Source: an uncultured Aeromonadaceae bacterium
Lineage (GTDB): Bacteria > Pseudomonadota > Gammaproteobacteria > Enterobacterales > Aeromonadaceae
DNA length: 64,000 nt
Direction of reading: 5' to 3'
NCBI GenBank assembly: GCA_945957385.1
Contig: CAMFKP010000002.1
Location: forward strand, 50,458 to 114,457
The stretch's first letter is position 1, and each line of letters opens with the position of its first letter. Below the pieces are notes generated by a model that searched no databases, was not told where the DNA came from, and was given only the letters and a program-made list of their open reading frames with translations. Positions 1-11,127 of this stretch are shown here, piece after piece. A program made the translations under genes and the position numbers.

Positions 1-305
1 GCCCGAACAAGGATCTGGCTGTTGAATTCCTGGAAAACTACCTGTTGACCGATGCTGGCCTGAAGGCTGTGAACACTGACAAGGCTCTGGGCGCCGTTGC
101 ACTGAAGTCATTCCAAGCCACTCTGGCAAAGGATCCGCGTATTCAGTCCACCATGGCTAACGCTCAAAATGGTGAGCCGATGCCTAGCGTTCCGGAAATG
201 GTTCGTTTCTGGTCATCTTTTGAAACAGCTCTGAAGAATGCTACCACTGGTCGTCAATCCCTTGACGATGCTCTGGATACAGCAGCACGTCGTATCGTGC
301 AATAA
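1..305 (+). CDS. malE: Maltose/maltodextrin ABC transporter periplasmic binding protein, 3' part (5'-truncated by window edge)
   Basis: The frame is open from base 3: [37 protein letters not shown]...DPRI...NAQNGEPMP...SGRQ-like C-terminus closely matches the MalE C-terminus; malF and malG follow. Confidence 0.95.
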   Translation, partial: PNKDLAVEFLENYLLTDAGLKAVNTDKALGAVALKSFQATLAKDPRIQSTMANAQNGEPMPSVPEMVRFWSSFETALKNATTGRQSLDDALDTAARRIVQ

Positions 306-313
306 ATGATTGG

Positions 314-333
314 GAGGCCCCGCAAGGGGCCTC
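314..333 (+). other. Intercistronic stem-loop between malE and malF (mRNA stabiliser or partial terminator)
   Basis: GAGGCCCC-gcaa-GGGGCCTC: 8-bp perfect stem with a GNRA loop; T-run at 341-346. Confidence 0.7.
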
Positions 334-368
334 TACTATATTTTTTGGCGTTATGAAGGTTTTTGGGC

Positions 369-2006
369 ATGGAACAAATCCAGTCTGTTGATACTACTGC
401 GGCCTCCGGCTCCAGAACTGCTTGGTTCAAGTGGTTACTGGCTGGCCTGGTAGTGCTGCTGAACGGTTATGCTGTCGTCATGATGTATGCTGGCGGCGAG
501 ATAGCCTTCGCTCTGTTGGACCTGGTGCTTGTGGCATCAGGGGTTTATGTTTTCATGAATAAGAAAACATATGCCCACCGTTATATTTTCCCGGGTGTGG
601 CCGGGATGGTCGCGTTTATTATTTTCCCGCTGGCGTATACGATCAGTATCGCCTTTACGAACTACTCAGGTGCCAACTTGCTCTCACTCGAGCATGCAAT
701 GACGTATCACCTGAAGAAAACGTACAAGGTAAAAGGTGGTGAATTTGACTTCGCGTTATTGGACCGTGGCGAGCATCGTTACCAATTGCTGTTGACACAG
801 GAAGGGGCGACGTACATTAGCAATCCAATGCAGCTATGGACAAATAATGAACTGAAGAGTGGGACAGCCAAATTAGCTGGTCAGGTTGATGTGAAGCTGG
901 TCCCGCTTGATGTTGCCCCTCCTGCACCTGAGGTTGCGGTTCGCGATATCATTGCCCGTAAGGGACATTTGAGCCAGTTGTCGCTGTCTCTGCCGGATGG
1001 CACCCAGCTGAGTATGATTAGCTTGCGTAAGTTTGCGGCTCAAAAGCCGTTATTCACTCATTTGCGCGATGGCTTCAATCTCAAGTCAGGGATTCATCTC
1101 AGCGATCAGCACATCCTGCGTAATAACGAAACGGGCCAAATCATGTTGCCTAACATGGAGACCGGTTATTATCAGTATGTTAATGATGAAGGTGTCTTTG
1201 TCGGTGATGGTCTAGCTCCTGGTTTCGTGGTTAATGTAGGTTGGAAAAACTTCCTGCGTGTTCTGACTGACCCAGGTATTCAAGGACCGTTCCTGCAAAT
1301 TTTTGTCTGGACAGTGATTTTCGCTGCATGTTCTGTTGGCTTCACTTTGGCCATCGGTATGGTCCTGGCTTGTCTGGTTCAGTGGGAAGAGTTTAAAGGG
1401 CGTGGTTTCTACCGCGTCATGTTGATTCTTCCCTACGCTGTTCCGGCCTTTATCTCCATTCTGGTTTTCAAGGGCCTTTTCAACCAGAGTTATGGCGAAA
1501 TCAACATGTTCTTGGCGTTGTTGGGATTCGATAAACCTGAATGGTATATGAACCCGATGCTGGCAAAGACAATGATCTTGATCGTCAACACTTGGCTTGG
1601 CTATCCGTATATGATGATTTTGTGTATGGGCTTGCTGAAGTCTATTCCTGAAGATCTATACGAAGCATCGGCTATGGATGGTGCTGGTCCGATCCAGAAT
1701 TTCTTCAAGATCACGGTCCCGCTTCTAATGAAGCCGCTGACTCCGTTGTTGATTGCCTCTTTCGCATTTAACTTCAATAACTTTGTTCTGATTCAACTGT
1801 TGACCAATGGTGCTCCGGATATTATCGGTGCCACAACGCCTGCAGGTACAACTGACTTGTTGGTCAGCTATACCTTCCGTATCGCTTTCCAAGGCGGTGG
1901 TGGTCAGGATTACGGCTTGGCTGGTGCTATTGCCACAGTAATCTTCCTGATTGTGGGTGCCTTGGCTCTGCTGAACATGAAGTTGTCAAAAGTAGAGAAT
2001 ATTTGA
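369..2006 (+). CDS. malF: Maltose ABC transporter permease MalF
   Basis: Multi-TM protein with a large periplasmic P2 loop and the EAA motif ([10 protein letters not shown]); ATG at 369 is 8 nt after GAAGGT (the ORF track starts at TTG 363). Confidence 0.95.
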   Translation: MEQIQSVDTTAASGSRTAWFKWLLAGLVVLLNGYAVVMMYAGGEIAFALLDLVLVASGVYVFMNKKTYAHRYIFPGVAGMVAFIIFPLAYTISIAFTNYSGANLLSLEHAMTYHLKKTYKVKGGEFDFALLDRGEHRYQLLLTQEGATYISNPMQLWTNNELKSGTAKLAGQVDVKLVPLDVAPPAPEVAVRDIIARKGHLSQLSLSLPDGTQLSMISLRKFAAQKPLFTHLRDGFNLKSGIHLSDQHILRNNETGQIMLPNMETGYYQYVNDEGVFVGDGLAPGFVVNVGWKNFLRVLTDPGIQGPFLQIFVWTVIFAACSVGFTLAIGMVLACLVQWEEFKGRGFYRVMLILPYAVPAFISILVFKGLFNQSYGEINMFLALLGFDKPEWYMNPMLAKTMILIVNTWLGYPYMMILCMGLLKSIPEDLYEASAMDGAGPIQNFFKITVPLLMKPLTPLLIASFAFNFNNFVLIQLLTNGAPDIIGATTPAGTTDLLVSYTFRIAFQGGGGQDYGLAGAIATVIFLIVGALALLNMKLSKVENI

Positions 2007-2016
2007 GGGATCAGAG

Positions 2017-2907
2017 ATGGCGATTGTTCAACCTAAATCCATTAAATACCGGCAGTTTGGTACACATATTCTGATGTGGTCCTTTATTGCCATGATCGTA
2101 TTCCCATTAGTGATGGTCATTGCGATTTCTTTCCGTGCGGGGAATTTCTCTGTCGGCGAGATCATTCCGACCAATCCAACACTGGATCACTGGAAGCTCG
2201 CTTTGGGCTTCCCAGTTACAGATGTTAGCGGGAAGCTAATTCAACCGCCGTTTCCGGTTCTGACCTGGTTATGGAATTCAATCAAGGTAGCAGGCCTGTC
2301 ATCGATTTTTATCGTAGTGCTGTCTACTACCTCAGCCTATGCGTTTGCGCGTCTTCGCTTCCGCGGTAAAGACACAATCCTTAAAGGCATGCTGATTTTC
2401 CAAATGTTTCCAGCCGTACTGGCGTTGGTGGCAATTTATGCATTGTTCGACAAGATTGGTGACTATATCCCCTGGCTTGGCCTGAACACGCACGGTGGTC
2501 TGGTTCTTGGCTACATGGGCGGGATAGCGTTGCATGTATGGACGATTAAAGGCTATTTCGAAACGATCGACCCTTCGCTCGAGGAAGCGGCTGCCATTGA
2601 TGGTGCAACTCCTTGGCAGGCGTTCCGTTTGATTCTGTTGCCGTTGTCTGTTCCGATCCTGGCAGTGGTGTTCATTCTGTCGTTTATCGGTGCGATCACC
2701 GAAGTTCCTATGGCCTCGATTCTGTTATCTGACGTGGATAATTTGACCTTGGCTGTCGGTGCTCAACAGTACCTTTATCCGCAGAATTATCTGTGGGGTG
2801 ACTTTGCCGCTGCGGCTGTAATGTCCGGTCTGCCTATCACCATCGTATTCCTGCTGGCACAACGCTGGCTGGTTGGCGGCCTGACCGCTGGTGGTGTTAA
2901 GGGTTAA
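2017..2907 (+). CDS. malG: Maltose ABC transporter permease MalG
   Basis: MAIVQPKS N-terminus, [14 protein letters not shown] motif, C-terminal GLTAGGVKG; 296 aa. Confidence 0.96.
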   Translation: MAIVQPKSIKYRQFGTHILMWSFIAMIVFPLVMVIAISFRAGNFSVGEIIPTNPTLDHWKLALGFPVTDVSGKLIQPPFPVLTWLWNSIKVAGLSSIFIVVLSTTSAYAFARLRFRGKDTILKGMLIFQMFPAVLALVAIYALFDKIGDYIPWLGLNTHGGLVLGYMGGIALHVWTIKGYFETIDPSLEEAAAIDGATPWQAFRLILLPLSVPILAVVFILSFIGAITEVPMASILLSDVDNLTLAVGAQQYLYPQNYLWGDFAAAAVMSGLPITIVFLLAQRWLVGGLTAGGVKG

Positions 2908-2986
2908 TAAATGTTCTGAGGGGAGACTGTTCACTCCCCTCTGATTGGTTTCCATATAATTATCGATTTTTACAGCGGAGCGACTC

Positions 2987-4123
2987 ATGGCTGAAGTAGT
3001 TCTGAACAATGTGCGCAAAAATTATGATCCTTCTAATCTGAAAGACACCCTGCGCAGCGTTAACCTTAATATCAAAGAGGGCGAGTTTGTCGTCTTCGTC
3101 GGTCCATCTGGCTGCGGTAAATCAACGCTGCTGCGTATGATCGCTGGTCTGGAAGATATCACCTCTGGTGAATTGACCATCGGTGGAAAATACATGAACG
3201 ATGTTCCGCCAGTTGAGCGTAATGTCGGCATGGTCTTCCAGTCTTATGCCTTGTATCCGCACATGAATGTGTATGAGAACATGGCGTTTGGTCTTAAATT
3301 GAAGAAGATGGACAAAGACACTATCCATAAGCGTGTATCTCGTGCTGCGGATATTCTTGGTTTGGTGCCTTTGCTGGAACGCAAGCCGAAAGCCCTGTCT
3401 GGTGGTCAACGTCAGCGTGTAGCTATCGGCCGTTCAATCGTCCAGCAACCGTCGGTTTTCCTGTTTGATGAGCCGTTGTCAAACCTGGATGCAGCTTTGC
3501 GCGTCAAGATGCGTATCGAGATTGCCAAGCTGCACAAAGAGCTGAACTCAACCATCATCTATGTTACCCATGACCAAGTGGAAGCTATGACGCTGGCTGA
3601 CAAGATTGTTGTTCTCAGCCCTCTGAAAGAAACGGCTGAAACTAACCTTGAGCAATACGGTACTCCGCTAGAGCTATATCACAATCCTGCCAACAAATTT
3701 GTTGCCGGCTTTATCGGCTCACCCAAGATGAATTTCTTGGGCGGTGAGTTGATTGAGATCGGTGAAGACAAGTGTAAGGTTAAATTGAGTACAGGCGATA
3801 TCATCACCGCTTGTGTTGATGCTCGTCGTGGCAGCGTTGGTGACAAGGTCGAGCTGGGTATCCGTCCTGAACACTTGGTTCCAGTGGATCATCCAGATGC
3901 CGCTGGTCGTTTGTCAGGTTTGGTACAGGTGGCTGAACACTTGGGTGCAGAATCTTTCGTGTATATGGAAGTGGATGGCAAGGACTTCACGGTCAAAGCA
4001 GCGAGCGAGATCCCGGTGGATACAGGTGATACTCTGGAAGTTGGTGTTCCAGCTCAAGCTTGCTATCTGTTTGACGCTAAAGAGCAAGCTTTTCCTCGTA
4101 CAACCAAATACAACCGTACCTAA
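2987..4123 (+). CDS. malK: Maltose/maltodextrin ABC transporter ATP-binding subunit (MalK/MsmX family)
   Basis: Walker A GPSGCGKST, signature LSGGQRQRVAIGR, Walker B FLFDEPLSNLD, H-loop YVTHDQ, C-terminal TOBE region. Confidence 0.9.
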   Translation: MAEVVLNNVRKNYDPSNLKDTLRSVNLNIKEGEFVVFVGPSGCGKSTLLRMIAGLEDITSGELTIGGKYMNDVPPVERNVGMVFQSYALYPHMNVYENMAFGLKLKKMDKDTIHKRVSRAADILGLVPLLERKPKALSGGQRQRVAIGRSIVQQPSVFLFDEPLSNLDAALRVKMRIEIAKLHKELNSTIIYVTHDQVEAMTLADKIVVLSPLKETAETNLEQYGTPLELYHNPANKFVAGFIGSPKMNFLGGELIEIGEDKCKVKLSTGDIITACVDARRGSVGDKVELGIRPEHLVPVDHPDAAGRLSGLVQVAEHLGAESFVYMEVDGKDFTVKAASEIPVDTGDTLEVGVPAQACYLFDAKEQAFPRTTKYNRT

Positions 4124-4140
4124 GCGCGTTGTAATGCATA

Positions 4141-4169
4141 AAGAGGCGCTGCAGTTGCAGCGCTTTTTT
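4141..4169 (+). terminator. Rho-independent terminator of the mal operon
   Basis: GCGCTGC-agtt-GCAGCGC followed by TTTTTT, just after the malK stop. Confidence 0.8.
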
Positions 4170-4257
4170 ATTCTGTCTGATCTCTCTGCTCATAAGCTGT
4201 CGGTGGTTGCGGTGTGGTAAATTGTTGCAACACACAGTAATGATGGAGCATTGAGGA

Positions 4258-5172
4258 ATGAGTAGATGGCCAAGCCTTAAACAGCTTCACTATCTCGTTG
4301 CGCTAGCGGAATACCAAAACTTCAATCGCGCTGCACGGGCGTGTTTTGTCAGTCAATCAACCTTGAGTACAGGTATTCAGACCCTGGAGGAGTTGCTTGG
4401 TATTCAATTGATAGAGCGTGACCATAAGTCTTTCATCATGACAACAGCCGGTCGCGATATTGTAATCCGCGCGCGTAAGATGCTGGCGGAAGCCCGTGAT
4501 ATGATGGAATTAGCCGCGGCACAAGGCGGCCTCATGTCGGGCGGTTTAAGACTGGGTTGTATACCCACGATAGCCCCGTTTTTGTTGACCGATCTGGTTA
4601 ATCGCTGTGCGCAGCAAGCCCCTCAATTAGAGCTGTTATTACGTGAAGACACGTCCGCTAATTTATTGAATCAGCTTGAAGAAGGCGAACTTGACCTTCT
4701 TGTTCTTGCACTGCCTTACGAGTTGAGAGGTTTTCACAGCCGCATAGTTGGCACGGATCCTTTTCGATTAGTGGTGCATCAGCATTTAATAGAAAAACTA
4801 CCAGCACCGGTCAGCGTCGATACGTTACCTACACATTCAGTCTTTTTGCTTGAGCAGGAGCACTGTCTAACAGGACATGCTTTGGCTGCATGCCAAATGA
4901 CGGCTCGAGATAAGATTAATCCCTTTGCTGCCTCCAGCCTTTATACCTTGGTCCAAATGGTTGCCGCGCAAGAAGGGGCAACATTCTTGCCTCAGATGGC
5001 GATTTGCGGGGGGATATTGTCTCAAACCGGGTTGCAGGCTTTGCCTTTGGCGCAAGAGGGCGCAGCTCGTGAAATTGGATTGGTATGGCGACCAAGTACG
5101 ACACGCGTAGCAACTTTTTATGCGTTTGGAGAGTTGGTTGCAGAGAGTTTAAAACAGATCTGTCAGGCGTAA
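4258..5172 (+). CDS. oxyR: LysR-family regulator, OxyR-like (probably the OxyR2-type paralogue)
   Basis: LysR HTH (LKQLHYLVALAEYQNFNRAARACFVSQSTLS), GCIPTIAPFLL motif, and the redox pair LLEQEHCLTGHALAAC (C-x8-C as in OxyR C199/C208). Confidence 0.85.
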   Translation: MSRWPSLKQLHYLVALAEYQNFNRAARACFVSQSTLSTGIQTLEELLGIQLIERDHKSFIMTTAGRDIVIRARKMLAEARDMMELAAAQGGLMSGGLRLGCIPTIAPFLLTDLVNRCAQQAPQLELLLREDTSANLLNQLEEGELDLLVLALPYELRGFHSRIVGTDPFRLVVHQHLIEKLPAPVSVDTLPTHSVFLLEQEHCLTGHALAACQMTARDKINPFAASSLYTLVQMVAAQEGATFLPQMAICGGILSQTGLQALPLAQEGAAREIGLVWRPSTTRVATFYAFGELVAESLKQICQA

Positions 5173-5284
5173 AAAAAGAAACCCGACATAAGCCGGGCGC
5201 TATAGCAAGCTATGGATATAACAGCAAGACTAACTAAGGGGTGTTGCAAACTCTTGGCATCCAGACGTCAGGATGCGTTGAAGT
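5171..5284 (-). ncRNA. Candidate trans-acting small RNA (about 114 nt), convergent with oxyR2
   Basis: The terminator CCCGGC-ttat-GTCGGG-TTTCTTTTTTT pairs fully only on the minus strand (G-U there, A-C on plus). There is a 5' hairpin GCATCC...GGATGC, an upstream TTGAAA-16-TATCAT promoter, and no minus-strand CDS to account for the terminator. Confidence 0.6.
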
Positions 5285-5290
5285 GATTAC

Positions 5291-5318
5291 ATGATAGTCC
5301 ATTGTAGTTTTTTTTCAA
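5291..5318 (-). promoter_or_regulatory. Putative sigma70 promoter of the candidate sRNA
   Basis: Minus strand: -35 TTGAAA (5318-5313), 16-nt spacer, -10 TATCAT (5296-5291); predicted +1 A near 5284. Confidence 0.55.
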
Positions 5319-5510
5319 CATTGCTTGTTGTGTGTTACGCAAAAAAGTCGCTAATGAAACCTTTTTCATTGCTGTTTGATCTAATTAATTCATCTTATGC
5401 GTCATATATTGTGGCGAGACATAGACCAAAGCGCTCGGCACTGCGTGCCTTTTCTTGATCCCTCGGAAAGCACTGAATAGACTGTGCCGTCTTTTTTGCT
5501 TGAGGTTCCC

Positions 5511-6563
5511 ATGCAGGTTTCCGATTTTCATTTTTCACTACCCGAAGAACTGATTGCTCGGTATCCAATGCCGGAGCGTTCTGCAAGCCGGTTATTACAG
5601 CTGGACGGTGTGTCCGGTGCTATCCATCACGGGCAGTTTCGTGATGTCATCGACTTGCTGAATCCAGGGGATTTATTGGTATTTAATAACACTCGAGTTA
5701 TTCCTGCGCGCCTATTCGGCCAAAAAGCGAGTGGTGGCAAAATCGAAGTGCTCGTCGAACGGCTTTTGGATGAGCACCGAATTCTGGCCCATATAAGATC
5801 ATCAAAGTCTCCGAAAGAGGGGGCTAGCCTGCTCTTTGACCATGGATATTCGGCGACAATGCTGGCGCGTCACGGTGCCTTGTTTGAGCTTGAGTTTGAC
5901 GGCGATAGTCGGGTGCTCGAAATACTTGAACATATCGGTCACATGCCTTTACCGCCGTACATTGACCGTCCTGATGAACAGGCGGACAAGGAACGCTACC
6001 AGACTGTCTACAATGCTAAACCGGGTGCCGTTGCCGCGCCAACAGCCGGTTTGCACTTCGACCAGCCGCTGTTGCAGTTGCTGCAAGCTAAAGGGGTTGA
6101 GCTGGCGTTCGTTACGTTGCATGTCGGTGCAGGTACGTTTCAGCCGGTGCGGGTTGAACGCATTGAAGACCATCATATGCATCAGGAGTACGTCGAAGTG
6201 CCCCCTGAGGTGGTAGAGCAAATTGCCGCAACCCGGCGACGCGGAGGGCGCGTAGTTGCGGTAGGCACCACATCGGTACGTTCATTAGAAAGTGCTGCAT
6301 GTGCATCTGGTGTGGCAGAGGGCCAACCACTACAGCCGTTCTATGGCGACACCGATATCTTTATCTATCCTGGCTACCGCTTTGCTGTCGTCGATGCATT
6401 GATCACTAATTTTCACTTACCCGAATCAACACTGATTATGTTGGTCTCGGCCTTTGCCGGGTATCGGCATGTCATGGATGCCTATGCTGCTGCGGTAGCG
6501 CAACGCTATCGATTTTTCAGTTATGGTGATGCCATGTTTGTAACACGTCAGTCCATGGCGTGA
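5511..6563 (+). CDS. queA: S-adenosylmethionine:tRNA ribosyltransferase-isomerase
   Basis: [50 protein letters not shown]; ATG 5511 follows GAGG. Confidence 0.97.
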   Translation: MQVSDFHFSLPEELIARYPMPERSASRLLQLDGVSGAIHHGQFRDVIDLLNPGDLLVFNNTRVIPARLFGQKASGGKIEVLVERLLDEHRILAHIRSSKSPKEGASLLFDHGYSATMLARHGALFELEFDGDSRVLEILEHIGHMPLPPYIDRPDEQADKERYQTVYNAKPGAVAAPTAGLHFDQPLLQLLQAKGVELAFVTLHVGAGTFQPVRVERIEDHHMHQEYVEVPPEVVEQIAATRRRGGRVVAVGTTSVRSLESAACASGVAEGQPLQPFYGDTDIFIYPGYRFAVVDALITNFHLPESTLIMLVSAFAGYRHVMDAYAAAVAQRYRFFSYGDAMFVTRQSMA

Positions 6564-7730
<1,167 letters not shown>

Positions 7731-7762
7731 TTTTGCTTAATTAACGATAACGAGGAAATCCC

Positions 7763-8098
7763 ATGGATATTATCTCCAACGCCTACGCCGAAGGTGCGGC
7801 TCCAACGCCAGCAGGTGGCGGCATGGAAATGTTGATCATGCTGGCCGTATTTGGCTTCATTTTTTATTTCATGATCTATCGCCCACAGGCTAAGCGCAGC
7901 AAAGAACACCGCAACCTGATGTCCGCTCTGTCCAAGGGTGACGAGGTGCTGACCTCAGGCGGACTGGTTGGCAAAATCAGCAAGGTTTCTGCCGATAACG
8001 ATTTCTTGGTCTTGGCGCTGAATGATCAGACCCAAATCACCATCAAGAAAGACTACATCACTGCCGTATTGCCGAAGGGCACTATCCAGTCTCTGTAA
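7763..8098 (+). CDS. yajC: Preprotein translocase subunit YajC
   Basis: [12 protein letters not shown]...[16 protein letters not shown]; lies between tgt and secD. Confidence 0.96.
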   Translation: MDIISNAYAEGAAPTPAGGGMEMLIMLAVFGFIFYFMIYRPQAKRSKEHRNLMSALSKGDEVLTSGGLVGKISKVSADNDFLVLALNDQTQITIKKDYITAVLPKGTIQSL

Positions 8099-8118
8099 TT
8101 TCCGCTGAGGAGTCAGCC

Positions 8119-9972
8119 GTGTTGAATCGGTTTCCGCTGTGGAAGAACCTGATGGTGGCCTTTGTGGTCATCATCGGTTTTCTTTATTCAGCTCCCAATC
8201 TCTATGGTGAAGATCCGGCCCTGCAGGTCTCTGCAGCGCGCGGTGCCGAAGTCCAGGTCGATACGCTGGACAAAGTAAAGAGCATCCTCGAACAGCATCA
8301 CCTGGCTATCAAGTCAGCAGTGCTGGAAAAAGGTCAGCTCTTGGTCCGTTTCAATAACACCGAAGATCAGCTCAAGTCGAAGGAATTTGTATCACAAGCG
8401 TTGGGTGACCAGTTTGTGGTGGCGCTGAACCTTGCGCCGGCAACCCCGGCCTGGCTGGCGGCGATTGGCGCAGGCCCATTGAAACTGGGTCTGGACTTAC
8501 GTGGTGGCGTGCACTTCCTGATGGAAGTGGATATGGCCGAAGCGATCGCCAAGTCTCAGGATCAGTTGGTGCAAGATTTCCGTACCGAGTTGCGTGAAGA
8601 GAATCTGCGTTATTCTGGTGTGCGCCGTGATGGTGACACCGTCGTGATCTCGTTCCGTGACAGCGATGTTCAGCAAACGGCATTGGCTGATTTGCGGACC
8701 CGCCATAAGGATCTTGAATTCACCGAGCGTGAGCAAAACGGGCAGTATCAGTTGTTGGCCAAGATGAGCGAAAAGCGCATCAAGGAAATCAAGAACTATG
8801 CCCTGGAACAGAACATCACCATCATCCGTAACCGGGTGAATGAACTGGGTGTCGCCGAGCCGCTGGTGCAGCGTCAAGGTTCAGAGCGCATTGTTGTCGA
8901 ACTGCCAGGTATTCAGGACACCGCGCGTGCCAAGGAGATCCTGGGTGCGACGGCAACGCTGGAGTTCCGCATGGTGGATGACACTGCGGATCTGCAAAGC
9001 GCCGCAGCCGGGCGTGTGCCAGCCAATTCGCAACTGTACACCACCCGTGATGGCCGTCCGGTCGTCCTGCAAAAGCGTGTAATTCTGACCGGTAACCATA
9101 TCGTCGATGCCAAATCGGGTGTTGATGAATACAGCCGGCCACAAGTCAGCATCAGCCTGGACTCCCAGGGCGGCAACAAGATGTCAACTTTCACCAAGGA
9201 TGCCGTTGGCAAGTCCATGGCGACGGTTTTCATCGAGTTCAAACCTGAAGGTGAACCTGGTGCGGATGGTAAGCGCAAATTCCGTAAGCATGAAGAAGTG
9301 GTCAACGTCGCTACCATTCAGTCGCGGCTTGGCAATAACTTCCGCATTACCGGCATAGACAATATGCAGGAAGCGCACAACCTGGCTCTGGTGCTGCGAG
9401 CCGGTGCCTTGATTGCCCCGATTCAGATTGTTGAAGAACGGACCATAGGTCCGAGCATGGGGCAACAAAACATCGATAGCGGCCTGAACGCCATGGCGTT
9501 GGGTATGGGCGTGCTGGTTATTTTCATGGCGCTTTACTACCGGAAGTTTGGCCTGGTGGCCGACTTGGCACTGTGTTTTAACGTGGTATTGCTGGTCGGC
9601 ATCATGTCGCTGATTCCTGGTGCAACCATGACCTTGCCTGGGATCGCCGGTATCGTCTTGACCCTGGGGATGGCGGTTGACGCCAACGTTCTGATCTATG
9701 AGCGGATCCGGGAAGAGTTACGCAACGGACGTAGTCCGCAACAGGCGATCAACCTGGGTTATGAACGCGCCTTCGGCACCATTGCTGACTCCAACATCAC
9801 AACCCTGATCACCGCATTCATCCTGTTCTCTGTCGGTTCAGGACCGGTGCGTGGATTTGCGTTAGTGCTGATGATCGGTATTGCCAGCTCCATGTTTACG
9901 GCAATAACGGGTAGCCGTGCTGTGGTCAACCTGTTGTGGGGTGGAAAACGCCTCAACGACTTGTCCATCTGA
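8119..9972 (+). CDS. secD: Protein translocase subunit SecD
   Basis: [38 protein letters not shown]; GTG start after GAGGAG. Confidence 0.97.
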   Translation: MLNRFPLWKNLMVAFVVIIGFLYSAPNLYGEDPALQVSAARGAEVQVDTLDKVKSILEQHHLAIKSAVLEKGQLLVRFNNTEDQLKSKEFVSQALGDQFVVALNLAPATPAWLAAIGAGPLKLGLDLRGGVHFLMEVDMAEAIAKSQDQLVQDFRTELREENLRYSGVRRDGDTVVISFRDSDVQQTALADLRTRHKDLEFTEREQNGQYQLLAKMSEKRIKEIKNYALEQNITIIRNRVNELGVAEPLVQRQGSERIVVELPGIQDTARAKEILGATATLEFRMVDDTADLQSAAAGRVPANSQLYTTRDGRPVVLQKRVILTGNHIVDAKSGVDEYSRPQVSISLDSQGGNKMSTFTKDAVGKSMATVFIEFKPEGEPGADGKRKFRKHEEVVNVATIQSRLGNNFRITGIDNMQEAHNLALVLRAGALIAPIQIVEERTIGPSMGQQNIDSGLNAMALGMGVLVIFMALYYRKFGLVADLALCFNVVLLVGIMSLIPGATMTLPGIAGIVLTLGMAVDANVLIYERIREELRNGRSPQQAINLGYERAFGTIADSNITTLITAFILFSVGSGPVRGFALVLMIGIASSMFTAITGSRAVVNLLWGGKRLNDLSI

Positions 9973-9982
9973 GGGTAATGAA

Positions 9983-10924
9983 ATGTTCCAATTGTTGAAG
10001 CCGGGTCATGTCATTCCCTTTATGCGGTTGGCTCTACCGGCAACCATTTTCTCTTGCTGTGTCATCCTGCTGTGTGTGTTCAGCCTGGCTACTCGCGGTC
10101 TGAACTGGGGGCTGGATTTTACTGGCGGCACCATAGTGGAGGTGAACTTCCCGGAGCCGGCTAACCTGGATGCGGTGCGCAGTGCCCTGAATGGGCAGCA
10201 TATCGAAGGTGCTGTAGTACAGCACTTCGGGAGTACGCGTGATGTGCTGATCCGCCTCGCTCCGAAGGGGGATGTGAATCAGCAACAACTGGCTACCGCG
10301 GTCACGACTGCGGCCAAGCAAGTTGCTGCGGATGCTAAGCTGACCCGGATCGAGTTTGTGGGCCCGGCCGTCGGCGCCGAGCTGGCGCAAAGCGGTTTCA
10401 TGGCCATTGTCGCCTCCTTGTTGTGTATCCTAGCCTACGTTGGTTTCCGCTTTGAGTGGCGGATGGCAACGGGTGCTGTGCTGTCATTGGCGCACGACGT
10501 GTTAGTGACCCTCGGGGTGTTCTCCTGGTTCCAGTTCGAGTTCGATTTGACGGTACTGGCGGCTGTGCTGACGGTGGTGGGCTACTCCCTCAACGACACC
10601 ATAGTGGTATTCGACCGGGTTCGGGAAAACGCACGTCGTCTGCGCAAGGGCGAAATGCGTGAGATCATCGATATCTCGATGACAGAAACCCTGAGTCGGA
10701 CCTTGATCACCTCTGGTACCACCTTGTTCACGGTTGTCGCGTTGTTTGTAATGGGCGGTGCCTTGATTCATGGCTTTGCAACGGCGTTGTTGATCGGTAT
10801 CGGCTTCGGTACTTATTCATCTATCTACGTTGCCAGTGCCTGGGCCATGTACCTGAAGGTCAAGCGTGAGCATCTGTTACCGACGGAAGTCGAAAAAGAT
10901 GAGAGCGGCGTCGAGTCGCTATGA
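9983..10924 (+). CDS. secF: Protein translocase subunit SecF
   Basis: GLDFTGG, VGYSLNDTIVVFDRVRE; ATG 9983 after GAGGG (the ORF track extends upstream into secD). Confidence 0.96.
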   Translation: MFQLLKPGHVIPFMRLALPATIFSCCVILLCVFSLATRGLNWGLDFTGGTIVEVNFPEPANLDAVRSALNGQHIEGAVVQHFGSTRDVLIRLAPKGDVNQQQLATAVTTAAKQVAADAKLTRIEFVGPAVGAELAQSGFMAIVASLLCILAYVGFRFEWRMATGAVLSLAHDVLVTLGVFSWFQFEFDLTVLAAVLTVVGYSLNDTIVVFDRVRENARRLRKGEMREIIDISMTETLSRTLITSGTTLFTVVALFVMGGALIHGFATALLIGIGFGTYSSIYVASAWAMYLKVKREHLLPTEVEKDESGVESL

Positions 10925-10926
10925 TT

Positions 10927-10952
10927 AAAACCCCCGCTACGCGGGGGTTTTT
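10927..10952 (+). terminator. Intrinsic terminator after secF (bidirectional form)
   Basis: AAAA-CCCCCGC-tac-GCGGGGG-TTTTT. Confidence 0.85.
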
Positions 10953-11127
10953 GTTCATGTGGTCCATGATCGACAACTGCAATCACTATTGCTCCATTTT
11001 TCATCAGGTTATCTATGGCAGGCTTTATTGTTTTCTCCTGTCGCGAAATACGCATCTTTACATGACAAACGCCGTGCCGACTCGTAACATTAACGTCAGT
11101 AAACCTGCTTGGGTTTTGGAGTCGATA

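Noticed and set aside
2908-2986. malG 3' hairpin as a possible MicX-like sRNA, and TATAAT as an internal malK promoter
   Set aside because: The gap is only 79 nt with an imperfect hairpin, no terminator U-tract and no usable -35; not enough support.
10921-11127. N-terminal extension of nlpI in the ORF track
   Set aside because: It runs through the secF terminator; the lipobox position requires a start near 11128 or 11062.
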